Of a DNA stretch of 15,799 nucleotides, positions 1-6,858 are shown piece after piece. Under the pieces are notes generated by a model, which was not told the origin of the DNA, searched no databases, and worked only from the letters and a program-made list of their open reading frames with translations. The DNA is from a virus (Duplodnaviria; Heunggongvirae; Uroviricota; Caudoviricetes), in IMG/VR virus record IMGVR_UViG_2681813154_000010. One strand, written 5' to 3'. The position numbers were made by a program, and so were the translations under genes. The first letter of the stretch is position 1. Each line of letters begins with the position of its first letter.

Positions 1-1230
1 ATGAGCAGAGCACTTAACAAACTGAGCGATACACAGCTGAGGAAAATCAACGGCACACCCGCCCAAAAAACAGCCTTTCTTAATGACGGTGGAAACCTGA
101 GCGTCAGGCATTCAACCAGTGGCCTTTTAACCTGGTATTTCACTTACAGGGCCGGAACGGGAAGGGGGGCACCACCGGAACGCATTAAGCTGGGAAATTA
201 TCCTGATCTGAGCCTGAAATCAGCCAGGGAAAAAGCCGCCCAGTGTCGCGCATGGCTGGCAGAGGGGAAAAATCCACGTCATGAGCTTAATTACACCGTA
301 CAGGAAGCGTTAAAGCCGGTAACGGTTGGCGATGCGCTCACCTACTGGCTTGAGTCGTACGCAAAGGAAAACCGCGTGGATTATGCCGCCCTGAAAAAGC
401 GCCTTAATAATCACGTAATACAGCACATTGGTGCTATGCCGCTGGATAAATGCGAGCTACGGCACTGGCTGGCCTGTTTTGACCAGGTGGCAAAGCGAAC
501 GCCTGTTACTGCCGGATTCTTGCTACAGACGTGCAAACAGGCGCTTAAGTTCTGCCGGAGGCGGCGCTATGCAATCAGCAACGTTCTTGATGATATGAGT
601 GTGGCGGACGTTGGGAAAAAACCGGATATAAGCGAGCGTGTCTTAAGCACCAAAGAACTGGGCGAATTATTGCAGGCACTGGACAAAAAAATATTCTCCC
701 CCTACTACATCGCGTTAATCCGCCTCCTGATTGTGTTCGGATGCCGGACGGTAGAACTGAGGTTATCGGAGATCAGCGAGTGGGATTTTACCGAAATGCT
801 CTGGACCGTGCCGAAAGAACACAGCAAAACGAAGGTGGCAATATTCCGGCCCATACCGGAAGCAATACTGCCGTTCGTCACGCAGCTGGTGGAGCAGAAC
901 AGGCACACGGGCTTATTGCTGGGGGAAGTGAAACAGGAAACAAGCGTGTCGCAGTACGGCAGATTAGCGCACAGGAGGCTAAATCACCCTCACTGGTCAC
1001 TACATGACATCCGGCGCACCTTTACAACGATGCTGAACGATTTAGGCGTGGATCCTCACGTCGTGGAGCAGCTTACAGGCCACCAGATGCCAGGAATGCA
1101 GCGAGTTTATAATCATTCCCGTTATCTGGATGCTAAACGCAATGCGCTGGATATGTGGACGGAGCGGTTAGGGATACTGGCGGGAACACATGAAAACGTA
1201 ACCACGCTACCAGTAGCCAGAAGAAAATAA
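1..1230 (+). CDS. int: Tyrosine recombinase / phage integrase (P4-type family), 409 aa
   Basis: Full ORF from ATG at position 1; C-terminal catalytic region with HDIRRT ... GHQ ... VYNHSRY (R, H-x-x-R, Y pattern of tyrosine recombinases); first gene of the element, followed by alpA as in CP4-57-like islands. Confidence 0.9.
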   Translation: MSRALNKLSDTQLRKINGTPAQKTAFLNDGGNLSVRHSTSGLLTWYFTYRAGTGRGAPPERIKLGNYPDLSLKSAREKAAQCRAWLAEGKNPRHELNYTVQEALKPVTVGDALTYWLESYAKENRVDYAALKKRLNNHVIQHIGAMPLDKCELRHWLACFDQVAKRTPVTAGFLLQTCKQALKFCRRRRYAISNVLDDMSVADVGKKPDISERVLSTKELGELLQALDKKIFSPYYIALIRLLIVFGCRTVELRLSEISEWDFTEMLWTVPKEHSKTKVAIFRPIPEAILPFVTQLVEQNRHTGLLLGEVKQETSVSQYGRLAHRRLNHPHWSLHDIRRTFTTMLNDLGVDPHVVEQLTGHQMPGMQRVYNHSRYLDAKRNALDMWTERLGILAGTHENVTTLPVARRK

Positions 1231-1604
1231 TTTTTTTCGTGTTTTTTCAGTATGCGCATACTGGATATGCGAACAGATACAACGTGCAACAATGAGCAAC
1301 AATGCGGAACAACTACGAACAAGAGGTGAAAAAGTGTACAGATTTATAAGTAGCTGATTTTTAATGTGTTACTGATTTTTTATACACTAGCGAATCACTC
1401 TTTAAATAGCGAGAAAAAAGGCATGAAACAATATTTTATGCCTTTGTATTAACATGAATTTAAAGGATTTTATCCTGATTATTCCTCTTTCTGTAAACCA
1501 TACGGCCTCAACATTTGCCAACTCTGAATCATCCTGACACAATCAGACACATCCCAACGCAATAGAACACGAAATAACTCTTTAAGAAACGAAAGGGGGC
1601 AATA
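1231..1604 (+). promoter_or_regulatory. AT-rich int-alpA intergenic control region with a perfect 10-bp palindrome TATGCGCATA (1251..1260) and tandem CAACAATG / GAACAA repeats (1286..1322)
   Basis: Read directly: palindrome at 1251..1260; gcaacaatg at 1286..1294 and 1296..1304; gaacaa at 1307..1312 and 1317..1322. No ORF with a credible RBS in 374 bp. Confidence 0.4.
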
Positions 1605-1793
1605 GTGTTAAGCACTGATCGGTTTATACGTGAAAAAGAATGCGAAAAGCTAACAGGCCTTAGCCGCTCATGCCGCTACCGCCTGGAAAAGGCCGGACAA
1701 TTCCCATCACGTCGTAAACTTGGCGGTCGTTCCGTTGGCTGGTCTTTATCCGAGGTTCTGGCCTGGAAGGATAGCTGCAAGGCAGTTCATTAA
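1605..1793 (+). CDS. alpA: AlpA-family (prophage CP4-57 regulator-like) DNA-binding transcriptional regulator / putative excision activator, 62 aa
   Basis: GTG start preceded by AAGGGGG; translation contains the AlpA-family core LTGLSRS..YRL...G.FP....LGGRSVGW...EV..W; followed by GC hairpin 1801..1817 without a U-run. Confidence 0.85.
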   Translation: MLSTDRFIREKECEKLTGLSRSCRYRLEKAGQFPSRRKLGGRSVGWSLSEVLAWKDSCKAVH

Positions 1794-1939
1794 TCACGCT
1801 GGCGGCACGCAGCCGCCACACATCAATCATCTGAACACAGAGCTATAACCATGAAGATTGAATATACGCCAGAACGTGGGCGGGGATTCGTTCGCCCTGG
1901 TGAAACTGGAAAACCACAAAATTGGGGTTTTTCAGGCAT

Positions 1940-1968
1940 AAAAAAAGCGGCCCCGAAATGGAGCCGCC
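1940..1968 (-). terminator. Rho-independent terminator for a leftward transcript
   Basis: On the minus strand: stem GCGGCUCC / GGGGCCGC (8 bp, one G-U wobble), 5-nt loop, then seven U (plus-strand A-run 1940..1946). The same hairpin is poorer on the plus strand (C-A mismatch) and has no U-run there. Confidence 0.6.
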
Positions 1969-2062
1969 TTTCTGAACAGATAACCCGCTGCGCCGTTTGT
2001 GTGTGTGATCCCAAACATAAGCACGGGGATGATAGCCGCTATCAGGCTGGTGGGCAATGCAA

Positions 2063-2239
2063 TCAGTCTGGTTCAGTGCGTTGCCATAACTGCGAAGTTC
2101 TCTCCTTTGATGAGTATTCTTTAAGGTACTTCTCAAGGGCAAAAGAACACGGCGCGAATCGTTCTGATTCATGCTCTTTCTTTCTGCGTCGTCTTTTTCG
2201 TGCAGGTGATGTTTTTTCGGTTGATTCTTCGTTGGTCAT
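2063..2239 (-). CDS. Hypothetical small basic protein (58 aa, MTNEESTEKTSPARKRRRRKKEHE...) in the leftward unit; may instead be part of a non-coding RNA
   Basis: ORF translated by hand from the reverse complement; lies upstream of the minus-strand terminator; weak RBS; below the ORF-track length cutoff. Confidence 0.25.
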   Translation of the reverse strand: MTNEESTEKTSPARKRRRRKKEHESERFAPCSFALEKYLKEYSSKERTSQLWQRTEPD

Positions 2240-2299
2240 TGTGTGCGCCTGTAAAGCAATGCGCCGTAGTACCTCACACCACGGCGCTGATAGTTTTTA

Positions 2300-2401
2300 T
2301 CCTTTGGGTTCTATGCCGCGTTGCTGTAATTCTTTGCGGATTATTCGCTTTATCCAGGCAGCAAGAGAATCATCGCCGTCCTGTTGTTGTGCCTTTTCCA
2401 T
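2300..2401 (-). CDS. Hypothetical small protein (33 aa, MEKAQQQDGDDSLAAWIKRIIRKELQQRGIEPKG)
   Basis: Hand-translated minus-strand ORF with GGGAAAAG upstream of the ATG; sits next to the divergent promoter region at about 2400..2500. Confidence 0.25.
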
Positions 2402-2469
2402 CTTTTCCCGTAAGTCAGGATCTAAACGGAACTGGAACGGAGGATTACCACGCCTTTCGTTTTTGTGTG

Positions 2470-2499
2470 TTGACACGTTAATTACACCTCAGGTAATGT
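2470..2499 (+). promoter_or_regulatory. Putative sigma70 promoter (TTGACA-N18-TAATGT) for the rightward small-gene/primase operon, flanked by direct TGACAC repeats
   Basis: TTGACA at 2470..2475, TAATGT at 2494..2499; TGACAC at 2471..2476 and 2512..2517 are possible operator half-sites; a GC hairpin (GCCCCG ... CGGGGC) at about 2544..2574 lies in the leader. Confidence 0.35.
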
Positions 2500-2605
2500 A
2501 TTTATGTGTAGTGACACATTACACACAATCAACACAAAAAGCAAAGCCCCGCACTGTAGGAGCAGTAACGGGGCTTCTAACCAACAACGTAAACTAGGAG
2601 CCGTT

Positions 2606-2806
2606 ATGGTTGCCGTAAATCATATACCACACCTTGTACACACACAAACGGCCTTTGTGTGGCGTTTTCTGGCACTGAGTGCCGGAGAATCCCAAATCAT
2701 CCACGTAACCGCTTGGACGGAACGCGAAGCGCGTAGCCGTTGCCCGTCCGGTTGTGTTGCTGTATTCGCCGCCCGTATTCGTCAGGGGGAAACCTATGCA
2801 CAATAA
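2606..2806 (+). CDS. Hypothetical protein, 66 aa
   Basis: ATG at 2606 preceded by AGGAG (2596..2600); internal start within ORF-track entry 2504..2806; first gene of a run of overlapping, same-strand small genes. Confidence 0.55.
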   Translation: MVAVNHIPHLVHTQTAFVWRFLALSAGESQIIHVTAWTEREARSRCPSGCVAVFAARIRQGETYAQ

Positions 2807-3017
2807 AACCACACCGAACGCAGCAGCCGCCGCACTCACTACGCTGATGCACGCGCTTATTGATATTGAATGCACGGCAGAGCTTGCGCAGGGAGAAGAA
2901 CAGAAAGACCGGACACAGTTCGCCCTGGAATGTATCCGATACATCGCAACGCGGTCACTGAATGACGCTAAAAATATTCTTGTTGCCGATTGTGAAAATG
3001 GGGGGGGTTATGCGTGA
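2796..3017 (+). CDS. Hypothetical protein, 73 aa (MHNKTTPNAAAAALTTLMHALIDIECTAELAQ...)
   Basis: ATG at 2796 preceded by GGGGGA; overlaps the upstream gene by 11 nt, consistent with translational coupling; in frame with ORF-track entry 2754..3017. Confidence 0.5.
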   Translation: MHNKTTPNAAAAALTTLMHALIDIECTAELAQGEEQKDRTQFALECIRYIATRSLNDAKNILVADCENGGGYA

Positions 3018-3162
3018 TGATCGTTTTAATTCCCTGAAACAGGAATTTTCCGGCGTTCCTGATGATGCGGCTGATGCGCTTTCGTCAATGCCAGAACTTA
3101 TTAGAGCGGCTTTTTTCTTACTTTCCACGAGAGAATATAAATCAACGGGCTTGATGTACTGA
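3010..3162 (+). CDS. Hypothetical protein, 50 aa (MRDDRFNSLKQEFSGVPDDAADALSSMPELIRAAFF...)
   Basis: ATG at 3010 overlaps the upstream stop (ATGCGTGATGA), after a G7 run acting as RBS; in frame with ORF-track entry 2962..3162. Confidence 0.45.
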   Translation: MRDDRFNSLKQEFSGVPDDAADALSSMPELIRAAFFLLSTREYKSTGLMY

Positions 3163-3231
3163 ATATCGCCGCCGATTATGCTGATTTCGTGACAGAGGTT
3201 ATTTTAAGAAAAACGACGGACGGGGATTAAT

Positions 3232-3465
3232 ATGCGTGATATTTACCACGAAACAATAGACCGCGCATTTCTTGCACTTTCTCACAGTGAAAACATGCTG
3301 GAAATATTGCGCATATGGCTTGAAACACTTGGCGACAATGAACGCGACAAACAAAAATCAAGAATTGCCACGGCATTAATAACGCTTCTTGAGCCTGTAA
3401 TAATGGAACTGCAAGAAATAGATCTATTGCACGACAGATATAAAGAACAACACACCGGAGAATAA
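3232..3465 (+). CDS. Hypothetical protein, 77 aa
   Basis: ATG at 3232 preceded by GGGGA 6 nt upstream; same strand as the operon. Confidence 0.6.
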   Translation: MRDIYHETIDRAFLALSHSENMLEILRIWLETLGDNERDKQKSRIATALITLLEPVIMELQEIDLLHDRYKEQHTGE

Positions 3466-3470
3466 AAATA

Positions 3471-3770
3471 ATGAAACTTAAATATTCTGGCTTAACTGCC
3501 AGTGGCAACACTCACCCTAAATTTACGCGCGGTGATATTTACCGCGACCAGTACGGCGGCATGGTAACGATTAAAGGCGTGGCAGAACGGCGCATCACCT
3601 ACCGCCGTGAAGGTTACGAATATGATTGCGTGATGCCTGTTTATCAATTCCGGCGTGATTTCACGCTGGTACAGGCAGCGCCCCGCAGTAAACCAACCAG
3701 CAGGGAGAAAGCACGCGCCAATATTCAGGAAATAAAAAAGATGCTTAACGTATTCAGGGGTAAAAAATGA
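3471..3770 (+). CDS. Hypothetical protein, 99 aa
   Basis: ATG at 3471 preceded by GGAGA; stop overlaps the primase start (ATGA at 3767..3770). Confidence 0.6.
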   Translation: MKLKYSGLTASGNTHPKFTRGDIYRDQYGGMVTIKGVAERRITYRREGYEYDCVMPVYQFRRDFTLVQAAPRSKPTSREKARANIQEIKKMLNVFRGKK

Positions 3771-5515
3771 AACTGGCACCGAACGTAAAAAAACAGCCAC
3801 GCGGAATAAAACACAAAGACACAGAGGTAATTATCTTTGCGGGTAGTGATGCCTGGTCGCACGCGAAACAATGGCAGGAGCAGGATGGCCCCGCATCCGG
3901 CGATAATGTGCCGCCTGTGTGGCTTGGGCCAAATCAGCTTGCCGAACTTGATGCACTGAAAATTGTTCCGGATGGAAAAAAACGCGTAAGGCTGTACCAG
4001 GCCGGAGAACTGGATTTGGTGGAGACCAAAAAGATTGGTCAGAAGCTGGCGGCGGCAGATATTCAGGACGCAAATTTTTACCCCGAAGGAATGCACGTCC
4101 AGAAGTGTGAAAACTGGCGGCGCTATCTGAATGCTGAGCGTGAAAATATTGCCGCAGGGCTTACCATGCCGGAGCAGAAAAATACGCAACTGGCACAAAT
4201 GGCAGACAGTGAGCGCGCGCAGCTGCTTGCCGAGCGCTTTGATGGCGTTTGTGTGCATCAGGAAAGTGAAATCGTTCACGTATGGCGCGGCGGGGTATGG
4301 TGTCCGGTCAGCACAATGGAACTTAGCCGCGAAATGGTGGTGATCTATTCAGAGCACAGGGCCACTTTCAGCAAGCGCGTAATCAATAACGCCGTGGAAG
4401 CGTTAAAAGTTATTGCCGAACCAATGGGCGAGCCGTCCGGCGATTTGCTGCCGTTCGCCAATGGTGCGCTTGACCTGAAAACGGGGGAATTTTCCCCGCA
4501 CACGCCGGAGAACTGGATCACCACGCACAACGGCATTGAGTACACGCCACCAGCACCAGGGGAGAACATCCGCGATAACGCGCTAAACTTTCATAAATGG
4601 CTTGAGCACGCAGCCGGAAAAGACCAGCGCAAGATGATGCGTATATGTGCCGCGCTGTACATGATTATGGCGAACCGGTACGACTGGCAGATGTTTATTG
4701 AGGCCACCGGAGACGGCGGGAGCGGTAAAAGTACATTCACACACATAGCCAGCCTTCTGGCAGGGAAACAGAACACGGTAAGCGCTGAAATGACATCGCT
4801 TGATGATGCTGGTGGACGTGCGCAGGTTGTCGGGAGTCGTCTTATCGTCCTGGCTGACCAGCCGAAATATACAGGCGAAGGAACGGGCATCAAGAAAATC
4901 ACGGGCGGTGACCCCGTGGAAATTAACCCGAAATACGAAAAGCGTTTCACGGCTGTAATCAGGGCGGTGGTGCTGGCGACCAACAATAACCCGATGATAT
5001 TCACCGAACGGGCCGGAGGTGTGGCACGTCGTCGCGTGATTTTCCGTTTCGACAATATCGTTAGTGAGGCCGAAAAAGACAGGGAGCTACCGGAAAAGAT
5101 TGCGGCTGAAATCCCTGTCATTATCCGCCGATTGCTGGCGAACTTTACCGACTCTGAGAAAGCACGGGCTTTACTACTGGAACAGCGTGACGGTGATGAA
5201 GCTCTGGCAATAAAGCAACAGACGGATCCGGTTATTGAGTTTTGCCAGTTCCTGAATTTTCTGGAGGAAGCACGCGGCCTGATGATGGGCGGCGGTGGCG
5301 ATTCAGTGAAGTACACGACCAGAAACAGCCTTTACCGCGTCTATCTGGCGTTTATGGCGTACGCAGGCAGGAGCAAACCGCTAAACGTAAATGACTTTGG
5401 CAAGGCTATGAAGCCAGCCGCGAAAGTTTACGGACATGAATATATTACGCGGAAAGTTAAGGGAGTAACGCAGACTAACGCAATAACAACAGACGAGTGC
5501 GACGCGTTTTTATAA
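3767..5515 (+). CDS. P4-family phage/plasmid primase with C-terminal SF3-type helicase/NTPase domain (Pri-Rep-like replication initiator), 582 aa
   Basis: Walker A motif GDGGSGKST in the C-terminal half; size and position (after alpA, before an iteron array) match satellite primase-replicase genes. Confidence 0.85.
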   Translation: MKLAPNVKKQPRGIKHKDTEVIIFAGSDAWSHAKQWQEQDGPASGDNVPPVWLGPNQLAELDALKIVPDGKKRVRLYQAGELDLVETKKIGQKLAAADIQDANFYPEGMHVQKCENWRRYLNAERENIAAGLTMPEQKNTQLAQMADSERAQLLAERFDGVCVHQESEIVHVWRGGVWCPVSTMELSREMVVIYSEHRATFSKRVINNAVEALKVIAEPMGEPSGDLLPFANGALDLKTGEFSPHTPENWITTHNGIEYTPPAPGENIRDNALNFHKWLEHAAGKDQRKMMRICAALYMIMANRYDWQMFIEATGDGGSGKSTFTHIASLLAGKQNTVSAEMTSLDDAGGRAQVVGSRLIVLADQPKYTGEGTGIKKITGGDPVEINPKYEKRFTAVIRAVVLATNNNPMIFTERAGGVARRRVIFRFDNIVSEAEKDRELPEKIAAEIPVIIRRLLANFTDSEKARALLLEQRDGDEALAIKQQTDPVIEFCQFLNFLEEARGLMMGGGGDSVKYTTRNSLYRVYLAFMAYAGRSKPLNVNDFGKAMKPAAKVYGHEYITRKVKGVTQTNAITTDECDAFL

Positions 5516-5520
5516 TTTTT

Positions 5521-5760
5521 TGTAATTGCTGTCTACCCTGTCTACCTGAGTAAAGAAAAATACATTTAATTCAGTGCATTAAGTTAGGTAGATAGCCTTT
5601 TTTTACTGTCTACCCACTATCTACCCTCTCTACCTGATTTTACCTGAATCAGACAGGGAGGTAGACACGGGGTAGATAGTGGATAAAAGCACTCTACCCC
5701 GCTGAAAGCAGCGCCATTACTGGCATGAGGGCCACTAAGGTAGATAAGGTAGACAAGGGG
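5521..5760. repeat. Iteron-type replication origin: more than 12 copies of GTCTACC / GGTAGAC-like 7-9-mers in both orientations plus an AT-rich stretch
   Basis: Read directly: tgtctaccctgtctacct (5530..5547), ggtagatag (5588..5596), gtctaccc / atctaccc / tctctacct (5608..5636), ggtagacac and gggtagatag (5660..5679), ggtagataaggtagaca (5739..5755); AT-rich 5552..5590; immediately downstream of the primase gene. Confidence 0.6.
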
Positions 5761-5803
5761 AGGCACAACTCAAAACTTTTTAAACGAGGGGGTAAAAATA
5801 AAT

Positions 5804-6082
5804 ATGCACACTTCAGGGAAATTTAATAAATCATTCAAAAAACGCAGAGACAGAACAGAACCGAAATATCGCGCGTTAGACATGACAGAGCACGCTTTAA
5901 AGGTGGCAATCAGAACGATAGACCGCCACGCGGGGGAAGGATACGCGAAAGCACATCCCGAACTGATAAGCGCATTCATGACCACGACGGCGGCAAATTT
6001 TGCCACGCTGACAGAGCGGGAGATTGCCGAAGCGGAACAGGTAACAACAATCAACGTTAAAACCGGAGAGGTGGAATCATGA
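5804..6082 (+). CDS. Hypothetical protein, 92 aa (start uncertain; alternative ATG at 5881)
   Basis: ORF downstream of GAGGGGG (5785..5791); stop overlaps the next start (TCATGA). Confidence 0.5.
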   Translation: MHTSGKFNKSFKKRRDRTEPKYRALDMTEHALKVAIRTIDRHAGEGYAKAHPELISAFMTTTAANFATLTEREIAEAEQVTTINVKTGEVES

Positions 6083-6384
6083 GCGAACCAAAATTTGGTG
6101 AAAAATTTTACAAGCACAACGGACGGATCACGATTCTGCAAATAAGCGCAGCTACACCAGGCTGGTGGGTTGAAACAGACGAAGGATCCTCACCCGTGGC
6201 ATCATGGGAGCTTTGTGTGCTTAGTTACCCTGACCGCGATGTGTATCAGGATATTCTGCCTGTGATATCCACTGACAAAGGCATGAAACCCGTAGACATC
6301 AAAAACATGGGGTTTCAGTGCGTAATGCTCACTGAAAAAATGATGGAAGAGATGAAAAAGAACAATGCCGGATCGCTTCACTGA
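6079..6384 (+). CDS. Hypothetical protein, 101 aa
   Basis: Start overlaps the upstream stop (translational coupling); no recognisable family motif. Confidence 0.5.
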   Translation: MSEPKFGEKFYKHNGRITILQISAATPGWWVETDEGSSPVASWELCVLSYPDRDVYQDILPVISTDKGMKPVDIKNMGFQCVMLTEKMMEEMKKNNAGSLH

Positions 6385-6393
6385 GGTGGCAAT

Positions 6394-6555
6394 ATGACAG
6401 CACAAATTGCAGCTTACGGGCAGCTGGTGGGCGACCCGCTGGTAAAACAGAGCAGCAAGGGCACACCGGAGCCGCCAACGGAGAACTACGCAGACCTGAG
6501 AAATGCAGTAAATCGCACTTACGCAGACATGGGGCTGAGCAAATTAGCAGAGTAG
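6394..6555 (+). CDS. Hypothetical small protein, 53 aa (MTAQIAAYGQLVGDPLVKQSSKGTPEPPTENYADLRNAVNRTYADMGLSKLAE)
   Basis: ATG at 6394 preceded by GAGGTGG; below the ORF-track cutoff and translated by hand; followed by a terminator. Confidence 0.45.
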   Translation: MTAQIAAYGQLVGDPLVKQSSKGTPEPPTENYADLRNAVNRTYADMGLSKLAE

Positions 6556-6577
6556 GAATATCAGAACCACACCACGC

Positions 6578-6605
6578 AGCCGGAGCAATCCGGCTTTTTG
6601 TTATT
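6578..6605 (+). terminator. Rho-independent terminator ending the primase/small-gene operon
   Basis: Stem AGCCGGA / TCCGGCT (7 bp), loop GCAA, then TTTTTGTTATTTTTT. Confidence 0.65.
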
Positions 6606-6620
6606 TTTTGTAAATTATTT

Positions 6621-6666
6621 GTTCGTGGTTGTTCCACGTTGTTCACTGAGCGGATCGGCATATTTT
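6621..6666 (+). promoter_or_regulatory. Putative packaging-operon promoter with three TTGTTC repeats at 10-bp phasing (TTGTTC-N16-TATTTT)
   Basis: TTGTTCgtggTTGTTCcacgTTGTTC at 6619..6644; TATTTT at 6661..6666; about 200 bp upstream of the capsid gene. Confidence 0.35.
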
Positions 6667-6720
6667 ACCCGAACTGAATCATGATTATTCTCGCCCGTGG
6701 TGCCAGGACGCTGGGGCCAC

Positions 6721-6768
6721 TTTCCCGCCTGTTAATGTGCTCGCCAATATTCATTACCAGGCGGGAAA
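6721..6768 (+). promoter_or_regulatory. 11-bp perfect inverted repeat (TTTCCCGCCTG ... CAGGCGGGAAA) with 26-nt spacer in the packaging-operon leader
   Basis: Arms at 6721..6731 and 6758..6768 are exact reverse complements; no U-run follows, so not a classic terminator; candidate operator or RNA stem-loop. Confidence 0.35.
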
Positions 6769-6858
6769 ACGATCGGTGCGATTACTGATTTCCTTATGAA
6801 AAACGGTTGAGTGTTTGCCGCGTCCTGGAGTTCCTTACTTAACCCCAGGACTTTTTTT

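Noticed and set aside
1801-1817. GC hairpin GGCGGC-ACGCA-GCCGCC after alpA as an intrinsic terminator
   Set aside because: No U-run follows, so it is not a canonical rho-independent terminator; it may be an RNA stability element instead.
1843-2172. 109-aa minus-strand ORF
   Set aside because: Its 3' third extends through and beyond the minus-strand terminator hairpin and U-run, so the full ORF cannot be translated from the terminated transcript; only shorter upstream ORFs are plausible.
2200-2481. 93-aa hydrophobic plus-strand ORF
   Set aside because: No RBS; it lies upstream of the putative rightward promoter and antisense to the leftward unit; hydrophobicity probably reflects T-rich composition.
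1851-2597. 248-aa plus-strand ORF between alpA and the small-gene operon
   Set aside because: Translation is Cys-, Ser- and Arg-rich and not protein-like, it has no RBS, and it reads straight through a strong minus-strand terminator (1940..1968); most likely a chance open frame over a leftward unit.
4591-5316. 241-aa minus-strand ORF (also 3725..4279 and 3831..4073 minus)
   Set aside because: Antisense shadow ORFs inside the primase gene with low-complexity translations.
5521-5760. Possible CRISPR array because of dense short repeats
   Set aside because: Repeats are only 7-9 bp, occur in both orientations with irregular spacing and no unique spacers of 30 bp or more, and no cas genes are present; an iteron origin fits better.
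6811-6858. GTG at 6811 as the capsid start (ORF-track start)
   Set aside because: No RBS; ATG at 6859 has an AGGA RBS and begins the coiled-coil delta domain typical of HK97-type capsid proteins.
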